Shown: positions 20,393-30,741, counted from the stretch's first letter. The stretch is DNA of 64,000 nt from Candidatus Bathyarchaeota archaeon (GCA_052246995.1 JBQPWD010000005.1:1-64000), one strand, 5' to 3'. A program made the numbers and translations. The notes: generated from the letters alone by a model not told the origin.

Positions 20393-20806
20393 TTATATCA
20401 TTACCCAGTAACGTTCTTTTCTTAAACCTTTCTCTTTCAACTCTAAAAGCCTCTTCCTTGCCTCATCATAGAATCCGTTATCATGTAAAACCTTTCCCTC
20501 CTCGATTGCATCTAATGCTGTTGGAGAAAGATTCTCCATTGCCTTCAGAAACTCCTCTTGGGTAAAGGCTAGAATGTCCAAGGGTAGAAACTCTTCATTT
20601 AGCTTGTAAACCTGTTTTGTCCTTTCTAAAGGGTTACCTTTTAACTTGTTTGAGATTAGAACCAGGTCGTAGTCGCTGGCTTTGTTAAAGTCTCCTTTAG
20701 CGTAGGAACCAAACAGGATTACAGTAACATCTCCATCAAAGTATTTCAATAACCTCTTAAGAAAAGGTTTAAGGGCTTCCAAACTCATTGGCTGTACACT
20801 CCACAA
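20393..20806 (-). CDS. Minimal nucleotidyltransferase (MNT) antitoxin
   Basis: LFGSYAKG...SDYDL; overlaps the HEPN gene; true start likely MSLEAL. Confidence 0.88.
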   Translation of the reverse strand: MWSVQPMSLEALKPFLKRLLKYFDGDVTVILFGSYAKGDFNKASDYDLVLISNKLKGNPLERTKQVYKLNEEFLPLDILAFTQEEFLKAMENLSPTALDAIEEGKVLHDNGFYDEARKRLLELKEKGLRKERYWVMI

Positions 20807-21179
20807 AACTAATTATTTTCTCTGCGTAGGATATTAATCTTTTAGCTATTTCTTCAGAGTAGTATTCAAAAGGAGAACCCTCAGCATATGCATCAGGATA
20901 ACGTGGGGCAATGTAGTTTCTATCAAGCTCCATGGCTAGGTTTAAAAGTTCTTTTGGAACCTTACAGAAATTTTCCAGTTCTTTAAGAAGCCTTGTCACA
21001 GAATGATCTGTTGAAGCTATTCCCAAGGCTCTTAAAATCCCTTTTGTTGCAAGTTCAGCAGACTGCTGAGCCTTAAAACTGGCCCATTCATAGTAGCCAC
21101 TGTCTAAATCCGATTGTGCGGATTGAAGAGTTCTTTTTGCCTCATTAATCCACCTTTCAAGCTCTCTTCTCTTAAACAT
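20769..21179 (-). CDS. HEPN domain protein
   Basis: A..DL..GYYEWASFKAQQSAE..K, HSV, LDRNYIAPRYPD. Confidence 0.9.
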   Translation of the reverse strand: MFKRRELERWINEAKRTLQSAQSDLDSGYYEWASFKAQQSAELATKGILRALGIASTDHSVTRLLKELENFCKVPKELLNLAMELDRNYIAPRYPDAYAEGSPFEYYSEEIAKRLISYAEKIISFVECTANEFGSP

Positions 21180-21600
21180 GTTTTCACCAAACCTTTAAGT
21201 GGGGCAACTCATTTACAGTAGCGATGTCTTCCTCTTTGGTAGAATAAACTACGGCTGGCCTTAATTTAGTTATTTTATTTCCCCCTTTTGCCAGATAGAA
21301 AAAAAAGCCAGTTATTGGCGTAAGCTCGGCATGTTTTTGTTGAGTTTCAAAATCTTCATGAGAAAACATGGAATAGGCTTGGCAATATAATGCTAGGTTT
21401 CTCACGGGTATGATGGTTGTGATGAAGTTTGTTGTAAACTATGTTGATGTCCACTCTAAAGCTCTAATAGGATTGATACAGGTTGGCAAAATACATAATC
21501 ATAAGCCAAAACCCAGGACTGGTTAAGCTTTAGGTAAACTTAAAATTTTCAATTTTATCTTTAATTTTAGGTTAAACTGTTTTAACAGTTGTGAGACGGT

Positions 21601-22125
21601 ATGCTTGAAGATTTTAACCTTTTAGTTTCAACTCGTAGGGGAGAGGAAAATGCTGCATGCTCCGAGTTTTGGTATTTGCTTAAGGAGGTAGGTGACCCTG
21701 AACCTTTAACGGATATAACACCTGTAAGGGGGCTTATTGTTGCTAAAACAAGTTTAGACCCTTTTGAGGTTGTTAAAAAGCTTAAAAGTTTTTTGGAGGA
21801 AAAACCTGAGGAGTTTCAGTATACTTTAAAGGTTATCCCTATTCAGAAGGTTGTAAAAACTAGGATTGAAGATATTAAGGAGACTGTTAAACAGCTTGCG
21901 GAAAAAATTGGTGTTGAGGAAAAGTTTAGGGTTACTGTTGAAAAAAGGCATACTGAGCTTGACAGAATGGAGGTTATAAAGGCTGTTGCTGAGGAAATAG
22001 ATAGAAAGGTTGATTTAAAAAATCCTGACAAAATTTTGTTAATAGAAATTGTTGGAGGTTTAACTGGAATTTCTGTTTTAAGGCCGCAAGATATTCTTTC
22101 AATTGTTAAGGAGAAGAGTATTTAA
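21601..22125 (+). CDS. THUMP domain RNA-binding protein
   Basis: FRVTVEKR...VDLKNPDKILLIEIVG. Confidence 0.88.
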   Translation: MLEDFNLLVSTRRGEENAACSEFWYLLKEVGDPEPLTDITPVRGLIVAKTSLDPFEVVKKLKSFLEEKPEEFQYTLKVIPIQKVVKTRIEDIKETVKQLAEKIGVEEKFRVTVEKRHTELDRMEVIKAVAEEIDRKVDLKNPDKILLIEIVGGLTGISVLRPQDILSIVKEKSI

Positions 22126-22176
22126 ACGTTTACCTTAGCTTAAATATTATCTAATTTTATTCAATTTTCGGGGAAA

Positions 22177-22617
22177 ATGATGGATGAGGTTGATGTAAAG
22201 ATTCTTAAGGAGCTTGTTAAAAATTCACGTCAATCTTTTCGTGAAATAGCAAAAAAACTTGATATGGCTGTTGGAACAGTGGTTAACAGGGTTAGAAATC
22301 TTGAGAAGACTGGGGTGATTAAAGGTTACTCTGTAGTGGTTGACCACGAAAAACTTGGCTACGAGTTAACAGCCATAATAGAGGTTACCGTTGCTAAGGG
22401 AAAGCTTTTAGAGGTTGATGAAAAAGTTGCTAAGGAACCTACTGTTTGCGCTGTTTACGATACAACAGGGGTTACAGATGCAATAGTTATAGCAAAATTT
22501 AAGACACGTGAAGATTTAAGCAAGTTTGTTAAAAACCTGCTTTCAAACCCTTATGTTGAAAGAACAAACACCCATATAGTTTTAACAACAGTTAAAGAGG
22601 ATTATGGGATTTTATAG
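22177..22617 (+). CDS. Lrp/AsnC family regulator
   Basis: MDEVDVKILKEL..NSR.SFREIAK HTH plus RAM domain (YDTTGVTD). Confidence 0.93.
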   Translation: MMDEVDVKILKELVKNSRQSFREIAKKLDMAVGTVVNRVRNLEKTGVIKGYSVVVDHEKLGYELTAIIEVTVAKGKLLEVDEKVAKEPTVCAVYDTTGVTDAIVIAKFKTREDLSKFVKNLLSNPYVERTNTHIVLTTVKEDYGIL

Positions 22618-22627
22618 GTGAGTTGAG

Positions 22628-23224
22628 ATTAAGGTTTTAATTATAGATTACAGGATGGGTAACATTAAAAGCGTGTACAACGCGTTTAAGGCTATTAAAG
22701 CTAAACCTGTTGTTGTTGATAAACCTGAAGACGTTAAAACAGAAAGAATAGTTATTCCAGGTGTTGGAGGTTTTACTGATGGCGTAAAAAACATTCAACC
22801 GTTTACTCAAAAAATTGTTGAAGCATTAAAATCTGACGTTCCAATTTTAGGTATATGTATAGGTGAACAAGTGTTTTTTGAGGAGTCTGAGGAGTCTTTA
22901 AGCAAAGTTAAAGGTTTAGGGTTTTTTAAGGGTAGGGTGGTTAAGCTTAAAACAAGTTTAAAGGTGCCTCACATGGGTTGGAACAAGCTAAAAATAGAAA
23001 AGCCTGAATGCCCACTTTTCCAAGGTCTTGGTGAAGGATATGTTTACTTTGCCCATTCATACCATGCTAAACCTTTAGAGGATGTTGTTGCCGCCAAAGC
23101 AGAATATGGGGAAGAAAAAGTTACAGCTGCAGTTTGGAAAAAAAACGTTTACGGTGTACAGTTTCACCCTGAAAAAAGTGGAAGATATGGTTTAAGTATT
23201 CTTAAAAACTTTTTAAATGCGTAG
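22628..23224 (+). CDS. hisH: Imidazole glycerol phosphate synthase glutaminase subunit (probable ATT start)
   Basis: IKVLIIDYRMGNIKSV, PGVG, GICIG, PHMGWN, QFHPEKS; first conserved strand lies upstream of ATG 22655. Confidence 0.92.
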   Translation: MKVLIIDYRMGNIKSVYNAFKAIKAKPVVVDKPEDVKTERIVIPGVGGFTDGVKNIQPFTQKIVEALKSDVPILGICIGEQVFFEESEESLSKVKGLGFFKGRVVKLKTSLKVPHMGWNKLKIEKPECPLFQGLGEGYVYFAHSYHAKPLEDVVAAKAEYGEEKVTAAVWKKNVYGVQFHPEKSGRYGLSILKNFLNA

Positions 23225-23239
23225 AAGTGGGGGGTAAAA

Positions 23240-24064
23240 ATGTTTTGTAAAAGAATTATTCCATGTCTTGACTGTGACCTTGCAGTACCTGGAGGACGTG
23301 TAGTTAAAGGGATAGAGTTTAAACAGATAAAGTATGCTGGGGAGCCTTGGAGGCTTGCAAAAAAGTATTATGAGGATGGTGCTGACGAGATTGTTTTTCT
23401 TGATATTACTGCAAGCCATGAGAAAAGAGAAACAATGGTTAAAGTTGTAGAGGAAACAGCTAAACATGTTTTTGTACCTTTAACTGTTGGAGGGGGGATT
23501 AAAAGTCTTGAGGATGCTAGAAAAGTTTTTAATGTTGGTGCTGACAAGGTTTCAATCAACACTGCTGCAATTCAAAACCCTAACCTTATAAACCAGATGG
23601 CTAAATACTTTGGAAGTCAAGCATGTGTTGTAGCTATTGATGCTAAAAGAAGGTATGTTAAATCTCCAACTGAAGTTGAAGATAAAGTTGTTGTTAAAAC
23701 ACCTGAAGGCTACTGCTGGTTTGAATGTTCAATTTATGGTGGAAGAAAGTTTACAGGTGTTGATGCTGTAAAATGGGCTATGGAGGTTGAGGAGAGGGGG
23801 GCTGGAGAAATTTTACTTACAAGCATGGATAGAGATGGAACTGTTAAAGGATATGATATACCTTTAACAGGGGAGATTAGTAGAAGGGTTAAAATTCCAG
23901 TTATAGCTTCAGGTGGATGTGGAAGCCCTGAACACATGTATGAAGTTTTTAACCAAACAGAGGCTGCGGCAGCTTTAGCTGCAAGCATCTTTCACTATGA
24001 AAAGTGGACGATTAACCGGGTTAAGGAGTATTTAGCCGTTAAGGGTATACCTGTAAGGCTGTAG
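23240..24064 (+). CDS. hisF: Imidazole glycerol phosphate synthase cyclase subunit
   Basis: [38 protein letters not shown]. Confidence 0.97.
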   Translation: MFCKRIIPCLDCDLAVPGGRVVKGIEFKQIKYAGEPWRLAKKYYEDGADEIVFLDITASHEKRETMVKVVEETAKHVFVPLTVGGGIKSLEDARKVFNVGADKVSINTAAIQNPNLINQMAKYFGSQACVVAIDAKRRYVKSPTEVEDKVVVKTPEGYCWFECSIYGGRKFTGVDAVKWAMEVEERGAGEILLTSMDRDGTVKGYDIPLTGEISRRVKIPVIASGGCGSPEHMYEVFNQTEAAAALAASIFHYEKWTINRVKEYLAVKGIPVRL

Positions 24065-24089
24065 CAAACATGGTTTTACCAGCTATTTT

Positions 24090-24836
24090 TTATGTAACGT
24101 AGAAGTCTCCACCTCTAAAGATGTTGTCTAAAACCCCGCCTACGGTAAGCATTTCAACCTTCTCCCTAAACCTTTTACACTCATCTAAAACGTTGTCTAG
24201 GTGGATGTTGACACCTAAAATTGACGTAAACTTTTTAAGTAGATGGTATGCGGTTAAAACATCTGGTGTTTTAAGGTGGGTTGAAGCTAAGTAGTTTTTA
24301 TAGGGTACATGACCCCATAGACTTACACCTTCAACGTTAACCTTTTTAAGACTATCCAAGATTATGGAGTAGATGCTACATGGTCCATCATAGTTTACAG
24401 GTTCAACTCCAAAGCTTTTAAGTAAACTTTTCAGGTTTTCACTACTTACTAAACCTGAAATTCTCGGTTCTGTAACGTAGTCTACAAGGCCGCCTAGGCA
24501 GTAGAGTCTTTTAACCTTAAAACTTTCAACCAGGTTTAAAACCTCATCCACAAACTTAAACCATTTAAAGTTAGGTTCAAACCCGTAAACAACCAAGATG
24601 TTAAAGTTTTTAGAGTAGAAAACGTCTATTCCAGGTGGTTTAACATCCTTAATCAACCCGTCTTCAACAACCACAAACGGTCTACTTAACATGTAATCGT
24701 AAAATTCTTCACCAAAACTTTTAACCTTTTCAACTTCGCCAAGCGATTTTAAAAGGTATTCAATACTAAAGGTTACAACCATTCCAGCATCAGAGTAACC
24801 TTTAAAACCTAAAACCATGTAGTCAGCCTTACCCAT
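24090..24836 (-). CDS. PAC2 family (proteasome assembly chaperone-like) protein
   Basis: GF.G..DAG, FYDY...RP, EP, LGG, LWGHVP. Confidence 0.75.
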   Translation of the reverse strand: MGKADYMVLGFKGYSDAGMVVTFSIEYLLKSLGEVEKVKSFGEEFYDYMLSRPFVVVEDGLIKDVKPPGIDVFYSKNFNILVVYGFEPNFKWFKFVDEVLNLVESFKVKRLYCLGGLVDYVTEPRISGLVSSENLKSLLKSFGVEPVNYDGPCSIYSIILDSLKKVNVEGVSLWGHVPYKNYLASTHLKTPDVLTAYHLLKKFTSILGVNIHLDNVLDECKRFREKVEMLTVGGVLDNIFRGGDFYVT

Positions 24837-25009
24837 AAAAACACCTACAAAACTTGGTAGCTACATCCTCTTAAACTTTCCAGTAGAGGTGTAGGTGAGA
24901 AGGGTAAAGTTAAACTTTAGGTTTAATTAGGTTTGAGGGAAAGAAAACGCTTTAATCTCTTTACAACTTAAAGGAGATAGAAGAGGTTTTAGGTGTAGGT
25001 TGAGGTTTT

Positions 25010-26086
25010 TTGAAGATTTTAGCTTTAGATGTTGGCGCCGGGACGAAGGATGTTTTACTTTATGATGATTCTGTAAACGTTGAAAACTGTGTTAAGCTTG
25101 TTTTACCCTCACCTTCAAAGGTTTACGCTGAAAGGGTTAGACAGGTAACAGGTAAAGGTAGAAATCTGCTTGTTAAAGGTGAAACTATTGGTGGAGGGGT
25201 TTTAACGGTTTCAATTTTAAACCATTTAAGAAGAGGTTTTAAGGTTGTAATGACTGTTGATGCAGCGTATACTGTAAGAAACAGGTTGGAGGATGTTGAA
25301 GCCTACGGGATTAAGGTTGTTAAGGATGAAGGTGAATTGGAGAAGTTTGACGGGGAAGTTTTAGAGTTAAGGGAAATCATGATTAACCCAATTGCAGGTT
25401 TTCTGGAAAACTTTAACGTTAAAGTTTTAGATGTTGACTTTGTTGGTGTAGGGGTTCAGGATAGTGGAGTTTACCCTAAAGGTGTTGAAAATAGAAGGTT
25501 TAGGCTTCAAAAGATGAAGGAGTTTTTGGAAAAAAACCCTAAAGTTGAAAGTTTAGCTTTTAAGGAGGATGAGGTTCCAGAGTTCTTTTTAAGGATGAAG
25601 TCTGCAGTTAAGGCTGTTAAAAACCAGCTTCCCAAGGTTAAAGTTTTGGTTATGGATACTGCTCCCGCGGCAATTTTAGGATGTTTAACAGATTTTAAAG
25701 TTAAAAATGTTAAACATGCTTTAATTGTTAACGCAGGTAACGCTCACACCCTATTCTCCATAATCTTGGATGGGGAAGTGGCTGGAATGGTTGAACATCA
25801 CACTCAACAACTTAACAGTGGAAGAATAGATTGGCTTGTAAAGGGATTTTTATCTGGAAAGCTTAAAGATGAGGATGTTTTTAACGATGGAGGGCATGGA
25901 CTATTCTACTTGGAAAACTTTAAACCTGTAGAAGTTGATGATGTTACGGTTGCAGTAACAGGGCCAAATAGGGCTGTTTTTAGCAACGTAAACTTTAAAG
26001 TTTACTTTCCATCTCCAGGTGGAGATGTAATGATGACTGGAACGTTTGGCTTGGTTGAAGCTGTTAAAAGAAAATTTTTAAGGTGA
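25010..26086 (+). CDS. DUF1786 family ASKHA-fold protein
   Basis: ILALDVGAGTKD, MDT..AA, VNAGNAHT, EHHT, DGGHG, GDVMMTG. Confidence 0.8.
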   Translation: MKILALDVGAGTKDVLLYDDSVNVENCVKLVLPSPSKVYAERVRQVTGKGRNLLVKGETIGGGVLTVSILNHLRRGFKVVMTVDAAYTVRNRLEDVEAYGIKVVKDEGELEKFDGEVLELREIMINPIAGFLENFNVKVLDVDFVGVGVQDSGVYPKGVENRRFRLQKMKEFLEKNPKVESLAFKEDEVPEFFLRMKSAVKAVKNQLPKVKVLVMDTAPAAILGCLTDFKVKNVKHALIVNAGNAHTLFSIILDGEVAGMVEHHTQQLNSGRIDWLVKGFLSGKLKDEDVFNDGGHGLFYLENFKPVEVDDVTVAVTGPNRAVFSNVNFKVYFPSPGGDVMMTGTFGLVEAVKRKFLR

Positions 26087-26508
26087 AGTTTTTGGCTAAA
26101 GGTAAGAAAAGACCTGTTTTAGCTGTGGATGCTGTTGTAAAGTTTAAGGATGGATTTGTTTTTGTTAAAAGAGGTAAAGAGCCGTATAAAGGTTGGTGGG
26201 CTTTACCTGGAGGAGTAGTTGAATACGGGGAAACAGTGGAGGAGGCTGTTAAAAGAGAGGTTAAAGAGGAAACAGGTTTAGATGTTAAAATCATCAAGCT
26301 TCTTGGAATATACTCTAAACCTGATAGAGACCCTAGAGGACACTACGTCTCCATAGTTTACCTTGTAGAGGCAGTTTCAGATAGGCTTAAAGCCTCCTCA
26401 GATGCTGAAGATGCAAAGGTTTTTACCGGTAAACCTGAAAAACTGGCTTTTGACCATGATAAAATTTTTGAAGATGCAATGAAAATCCTGGAAAGTCAGC
26501 GTTATTAA
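26083..26508 (+). CDS. Nudix hydrolase (ADP-ribose pyrophosphatase-like)
   Basis: Nudix box GGVVEYGETVEEAVKREVKEETG, RDPR, LAFDH. Confidence 0.92.
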   Translation: MKFLAKGKKRPVLAVDAVVKFKDGFVFVKRGKEPYKGWWALPGGVVEYGETVEEAVKREVKEETGLDVKIIKLLGIYSKPDRDPRGHYVSIVYLVEAVSDRLKASSDAEDAKVFTGKPEKLAFDHDKIFEDAMKILESQRY

Positions 26509-26726
26509 TGGAAAACGTGAGACTTTTAGTGTAGGTGCAGGTATAATGTTTTTTAAGCCTTAACTCACCTTTTATCTTTTAAAGTTTTATTTTATGTAAA
26601 GTTGAAGTGGAAAATTTAAGTCTGAGCTTATAATTTTCTAATTTCCTCAATAAGGTTGAAAAAGTTTAGCTTAAACAAAAACAACGTTAATATTCCTCTT
26701 CACACTTTATTCTTTAGCTGGTTGTT

Positions 26727-27557
26727 TTGAGTTTAAAAGATGAATTTTTAAGGCTTCTGGAAACTGATAAAGAGTTTCGTTACGCTATTCTAGGCTTTTT
26801 AGGTATAGAAGAGATTCTTAAAGCCATAAGGTCTCTTCAAGAACAGGTTGTAGACAACTCTAAGGCTATAAGAGCTTTACAGGAACAGGTTGAACAACAT
26901 TCTAAGGTTTTAAGTGAACATTCTAGGGCTATAAGGTCTCTTCAGGAAGCTGTTGAACAACACTCCAGGGTTTTAAGTGAACATTCTAGGATTTTAAGTG
27001 AACACTCAAAGGCTATTATGTCTCTTCAGGAAGCTGTTATGGAGCATTCAAAGGTTATAAGTGAACATTCTAAGGTTTTAAGTGAACATTCTAGGGCTAT
27101 AAGGTCTCTTCAAGAGGTGGTTAAAGAACATTCTAAGGTTTTAAGTGAACATTCTAGAAGGATAGAGGTGCTTACAAGGCTTGTTCATGCTTTGGGTGCA
27201 CGTTGGGGTTTGATGGCTGAGGATGCTTTTAGAAGCGGTATGAAGGGTTTGGTTGAAAGGTATTTTGGTGGGAGGGTTGAAAGGTGGGTTTATGATGATG
27301 TTGAGGGTTTTGTTTTTGGACGTCCTTGTGTTGTTGAGGTTGACCTTGTAGTTAAGGATATGGGGCATGTTCTTGTTGAGGTTAAGTCAAGCATATCAAA
27401 GGCGGACGTGTCCAAGCTTTTGAGGATAGGTCAGCTGTACGAGAAGGTTAGGCTTGTAAAACCTAAACTTGCAGTAGTTTCACCCTACATTGATGATGAT
27501 GCTAAAAAGTTTGCTGAGGAGTTGGGTATAGAAACGTATACGGCGTTAGAAGGTTAA
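26727..27557 (+). CDS. DUF3782-type protein: heptad coiled coil plus PD-(D/E)XK nuclease domain
   Basis: Repeats EHSKVLS/EHSRAIRSLQE; LGARWG..AEDAFR; EVDLVV...VEVKSS. Confidence 0.85.
   Translation: MSLKDEFLRLLETDKEFRYAILGFLGIEEILKAIRSLQEQVVDNSKAIRALQEQVEQHSKVLSEHSRAIRSLQEAVEQHSRVLSEHSRILSEHSKAIMSLQEAVMEHSKVISEHSKVLSEHSRAIRSLQEVVKEHSKVLSEHSRRIEVLTRLVHALGARWGLMAEDAFRSGMKGLVERYFGGRVERWVYDDVEGFVFGRPCVVEVDLVVKDMGHVLVEVKSSISKADVSKLLRIGQLYEKVRLVKPKLAVVSPYIDDDAKKFAEELGIETYTALEG
26825..27165 (+). repeat. Mosaic 21-bp (heptad) coding repeats
   Basis: Units GAACATTCTAAGGTTTTAAGT and GCTATAAGGTCTCTTCAGGAA recur many times. Confidence 0.85.
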
Positions 27558-27571
27558 TGTTAACATAAACT

Positions 27572-28267
27572 TTAAGTGTTGCTGGAAAGGTATTTTAAAA
27601 CTTCCTCGTCTGTTAGGTCATACCAGTTTTCATATGCATCTGCAACGGCAAAAACAGGTCCGCCACGTATGTTTAAGCATACTATAAGGTTGATGTTGGG
27701 GTTTGAGGTTAACAGGTTTACTGCGCTTAAAGAGCCTGTTGGGGATGCTACAACAATTTTTTTAGGTTTATGTTTGGCTACGATTTCAACGGCGGTAAGC
27801 ATGGTGTAACCTGTGGCTAAGCCGTCGTCGACAAGGATTACAACTTTTTCTTCCAGGTTTGGGATGGGTTTACCTTGTCTAAGCTTTTTAACTCTTTCTT
27901 CAAGTTTTAGCATTGTTAACTTGATGGATTTGTTTATCTCATCCTTTGTTAAGCCTATGTTGTCTATCAGTTGCTGGTTTAAAATTGTGGTGCCATTCCA
28001 GCCTACAGCTCCAAACCCTGCTTCACTATCCCATGGAATCTGAATTTTTCTGACGATTAGGACGTCTAAGGGTGTTTTAAGTTTTTTAGAAACCATCCAG
28101 CCTACAGGAACACCTCCAGCTGGGATTGCTAAAACAATTCCGTTTAAAGGTTTTTCTAAGGTTTTTTCAAGTTGTAAGGCTAACTTTTCACCAGCATCCA
28201 GTCTATCCTTGAAAACGTAAAGCTTGTTACGTAGGCTTGGCTCGTCGATAAGCTTCAAACTAAACAT
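27572..28267 (-). CDS. Phosphoribosyltransferase family protein
   Basis: FKDRLDAG, IPAGGVPV, PRPP loop ILVDDGLATGYT. Confidence 0.9.
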   Translation of the reverse strand: MFSLKLIDEPSLRNKLYVFKDRLDAGEKLALQLEKTLEKPLNGIVLAIPAGGVPVGWMVSKKLKTPLDVLIVRKIQIPWDSEAGFGAVGWNGTTILNQQLIDNIGLTKDEINKSIKLTMLKLEERVKKLRQGKPIPNLEEKVVILVDDGLATGYTMLTAVEIVAKHKPKKIVVASPTGSLSAVNLLTSNPNINLIVCLNIRGGPVFAVADAYENWYDLTDEEVLKYLSSNT

Positions 28268-28334
28268 GCACGTTTACAACTTTTACATCAACGTTTAAGC
28301 TTAAAAATGTGTGGAATGTTTTTGTTGTTAGCTT

Positions 28335-28684
28335 CTACCCATCGATTATTTCAATTGTTCCTTCTTTTACAATTATTAGTTTTTCCTCAAAATTTTTAAT
28401 TTTAGTTAAAAGTGATTCGATTTCCTTTATTAGTTTTCAGCTTTTGGAGGGTGTATGTGAAGGAGTATTATGCCGTGAAACTGTTTTGGAGGATATGAGA
28501 TGGTGTTGGTGAAGTCGAAACCTCTGGTTAGTAAGATACATCTTTCTCTAATTGCCAGGGAGGCTAGCTCTTGGTTTTTAACACCCATTGGTGAATAGTT
28601 GACAGTATAACCCTTTAATTCTAGGAAGTTTTTAACAAGTTTTGGAATGTTTTCGTCAAGTAAGAACTTTAGTGTATTTGACGT
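28335..28684 (-). pseudogene. Inactivated DUF5615/VapC45-like PIN toxin
   Basis: (ACG)SNTLKFLLDENIPK...ILLTRGFDF..YPPKQFHGIILL, frameshift in an A-run near 28435, then LIKEIESLL...IDG*; start codon reads ACG. Confidence 0.7.
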
Positions 28685-28904
28685 GGTGCTCGCCTCTGAT
28701 GATTTTTGCAGCCCAGTCTAATGCTTCTTTAATCATGTCTTTGTTTAGGGTTGGATAGTAGTCTTGGATAATTTCTTCCATGGATAGGTCTGCGGCCAGA
28801 AACTCTAATATATCGCTAACAAGTATTCTTGTATCTCTAAATACTGGTTTTCCATGGCAGATTTCGTCATCCACAACTATGTATTTGCCAAACTCAACTC
28901 TCAT
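28656..28904 (-). CDS. DUF433 family antitoxin
   Basis: IVVDDEICHGKPVFRDTRILV..IL..LA...EEI..YP.L. Confidence 0.9.
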   Translation of the reverse strand: MRVEFGKYIVVDDEICHGKPVFRDTRILVSDILEFLAADLSMEEIIQDYYPTLNKDMIKEALDWAAKIIRGEHHVKYTKVLT

Positions 28905-29171
28905 ACAGTTTCATCATAATTTCTAAGTAAATGTCATTTAAAAACTTTCAACTATGTTAAAATTAAGTTTCCGTAAAATACTCCAAGTTTAATGGAGAGG
29001 TTTGTTAGCGGGGCTTTAGCTAAGCGTTAACAGGAAGTTAGCGGTTGTTTCGTAGAAGATTGCTTACGCTTTTTCCTCTTTTTCTTTATTTTTCTGTGCT
29101 TTGTTTGTTTTTGTCTAGGTAGGGTTGCGGGGTATTCAACTTTAGGCTTAACGAAGAGGGTGTGAAGTGTG

Positions 29172-30233
29172 CTAAACTTTTTTTAGGTTGAAGTTTAGTT
29201 TTCCAGCTCCAGTTTTTTCTGCGGCTTTTAAATGTGTTTTTGGGTCTACGTTGTTTACTTCTTTTAGGTTTTTAAATCCTAGAAGGTTTTTTTCTATTTC
29301 AACTATTGATGCGTGGTCTACGGCCACGGGGTCTTGGGATGCAAGTATACCTGAGTCTTTGGCTATGGTTTCGTTTAAGCCTGGGGCGCAGTCGCAGAAT
29401 CTTGTAACTTTTTCAGCAACGTTTACAAAGATGAATGGTTTGTTTTTTAAAGCCTCCAAGATTGCTCCGCAGCATTCACCTATTCTTTTGTTGAATTCTT
29501 CCAGGTTTTCCATGGATAGTGTTAGTGAGCCTGTTGGGCATGATATGATGCAACTTCCACATCCAACACATTTGTTGTAGTCTATTTTGGCTTTACCGTT
29601 GCTTATGGTTATGGCGTTGAAGCCGCATGCTTTAAGGCATGAGCCACATCCGTTGCATGTTTCAATGTTTGTTTTTGGCTGGTTAACTTTATGCATGTAT
29701 GCTTTAAGTTTTTTTGCTGCAAAACCCATGGCAACGTTTTTTACAGCACCTCCAAAACCTGAGGCTAGGTGTCCTTTACAGTGTGATAGGACTATGAAGC
29801 CTTCAGCCTCGTACAATGCCCTACCTATCATTGATTCTTCAAGTTTGCATCCTTCAACCTTGATGTTAACTCCGTTTTCACCCCAGATTCCGTCGGCGAT
29901 GATGATGGGTGCGTTTAGGCTTGAAGATGTAAAACCGTTTTCAGCTGCAACTTCCAAGTAGCCTACCCCTGTAGCTCTAGGCCCGTTGTAGAGTGTTGTT
30001 GTGTCTGTAACAAATGGTTTGGCTCCAGCATCCCTTAAAATTCTTACCAAAGCCCTTGCATAGGATGGGTGGAGGTGGGTTCTGTTTCCCCTTTCACCCA
30101 TGTGAAGCTTTACGGCGACAACCTTACCTTTAAACATGTTTTCCAGGTTAAACTCTCCTAAAACCTTTTTTAAACCTCTAAAGGGTGAAACAACATCTAC
30201 AGGTGGGGCTGTATAAACAAGGCTCAAAAACAA
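29172..30233 (-). CDS. DUF362 domain iron-sulfur protein
   Basis: VAVKLHMGE, SHCKGH..GFGGAVKN, two CxxCxxCxxxC ferredoxin motifs, CDC, DPVAVD. Confidence 0.88.
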   Translation of the reverse strand: MFLSLVYTAPPVDVVSPFRGLKKVLGEFNLENMFKGKVVAVKLHMGERGNRTHLHPSYARALVRILRDAGAKPFVTDTTTLYNGPRATGVGYLEVAAENGFTSSSLNAPIIIADGIWGENGVNIKVEGCKLEESMIGRALYEAEGFIVLSHCKGHLASGFGGAVKNVAMGFAAKKLKAYMHKVNQPKTNIETCNGCGSCLKACGFNAITISNGKAKIDYNKCVGCGSCIISCPTGSLTLSMENLEEFNKRIGECCGAILEALKNKPFIFVNVAEKVTRFCDCAPGLNETIAKDSGILASQDPVAVDHASIVEIEKNLLGFKNLKEVNNVDPKTHLKAAEKTGAGKLNFNLKKV

Positions 30234-30321
30234 TTCACCAAAAAATTTTAGAAGTTTTAGCCTTATTTAAACATTAAAAAAAATTATTTTTAAAAAGAAA
30301 AGTTTAGGAAAAGTTTTGTTG

Positions 30322-30741
30322 TTAAGTTGCGGTGTACGGGCCTTCGGTGTATGTGCCGTCAACACAAACAACCCTTACCACATACGTTGTCCCTGCAGTT
30401 AACGTAACACCATTAATTGATTCGTCGATTATCTCTGCAACCTCGCCTGGATTTACCGCTGTATTGAGATTCGAAGCCGCAAGAACGTTGTTTACATAAA
30501 TTCTATCTACTGTTAGGCTGGTTGTTCCTACGTTTCTCACATACAAAGTAATTTTATTCCCAGTAGAATTAAGCGTTGCTGCTTCTATTCTTAATGCTTT
30601 TCCTGTTTGTGTTACTGTTGTTGTTGTAAAACCCATAACCCACCCGTAAACTATTAACGCTGCCACTACGGCTAAAGCCACCATGAGTAGGGTTGCTATT
30701 ACAGGTGAAACCGCCTTCTTATCCTTTAAAAGTTTAACCAT
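30322..30741 (-). CDS. Archaeal type IV pilin
   Basis: Class III signal peptide KDKKA|VSPVIATLLMVALAVVAALIVY followed by a beta-rich domain (LYVRNVG). Confidence 0.9.
   Translation of the reverse strand: MVKLLKDKKAVSPVIATLLMVALAVVAALIVYGWVMGFTTTTVTQTGKALRIEAATLNSTGNKITLYVRNVGTTSLTVDRIYVNNVLAASNLNTAVNPGEVAEIIDESINGVTLTAGTTYVVRVVCVDGTYTEGPYTAT

Noticed and set aside
21184-21405. 73-aa ORF upstream of HEPN
   Set aside because: No motif or clear SD; likely spurious or a degraded fragment
29005-29030. GCGGGGCTTTAGCTAAGC as a displaced tRNA-Leu 5' fragment (left att site)
   Set aside because: Similarity to GCGGGGGTCGCCAAGC is short and gapped, and it would place the host-like DUF362 gene inside the element
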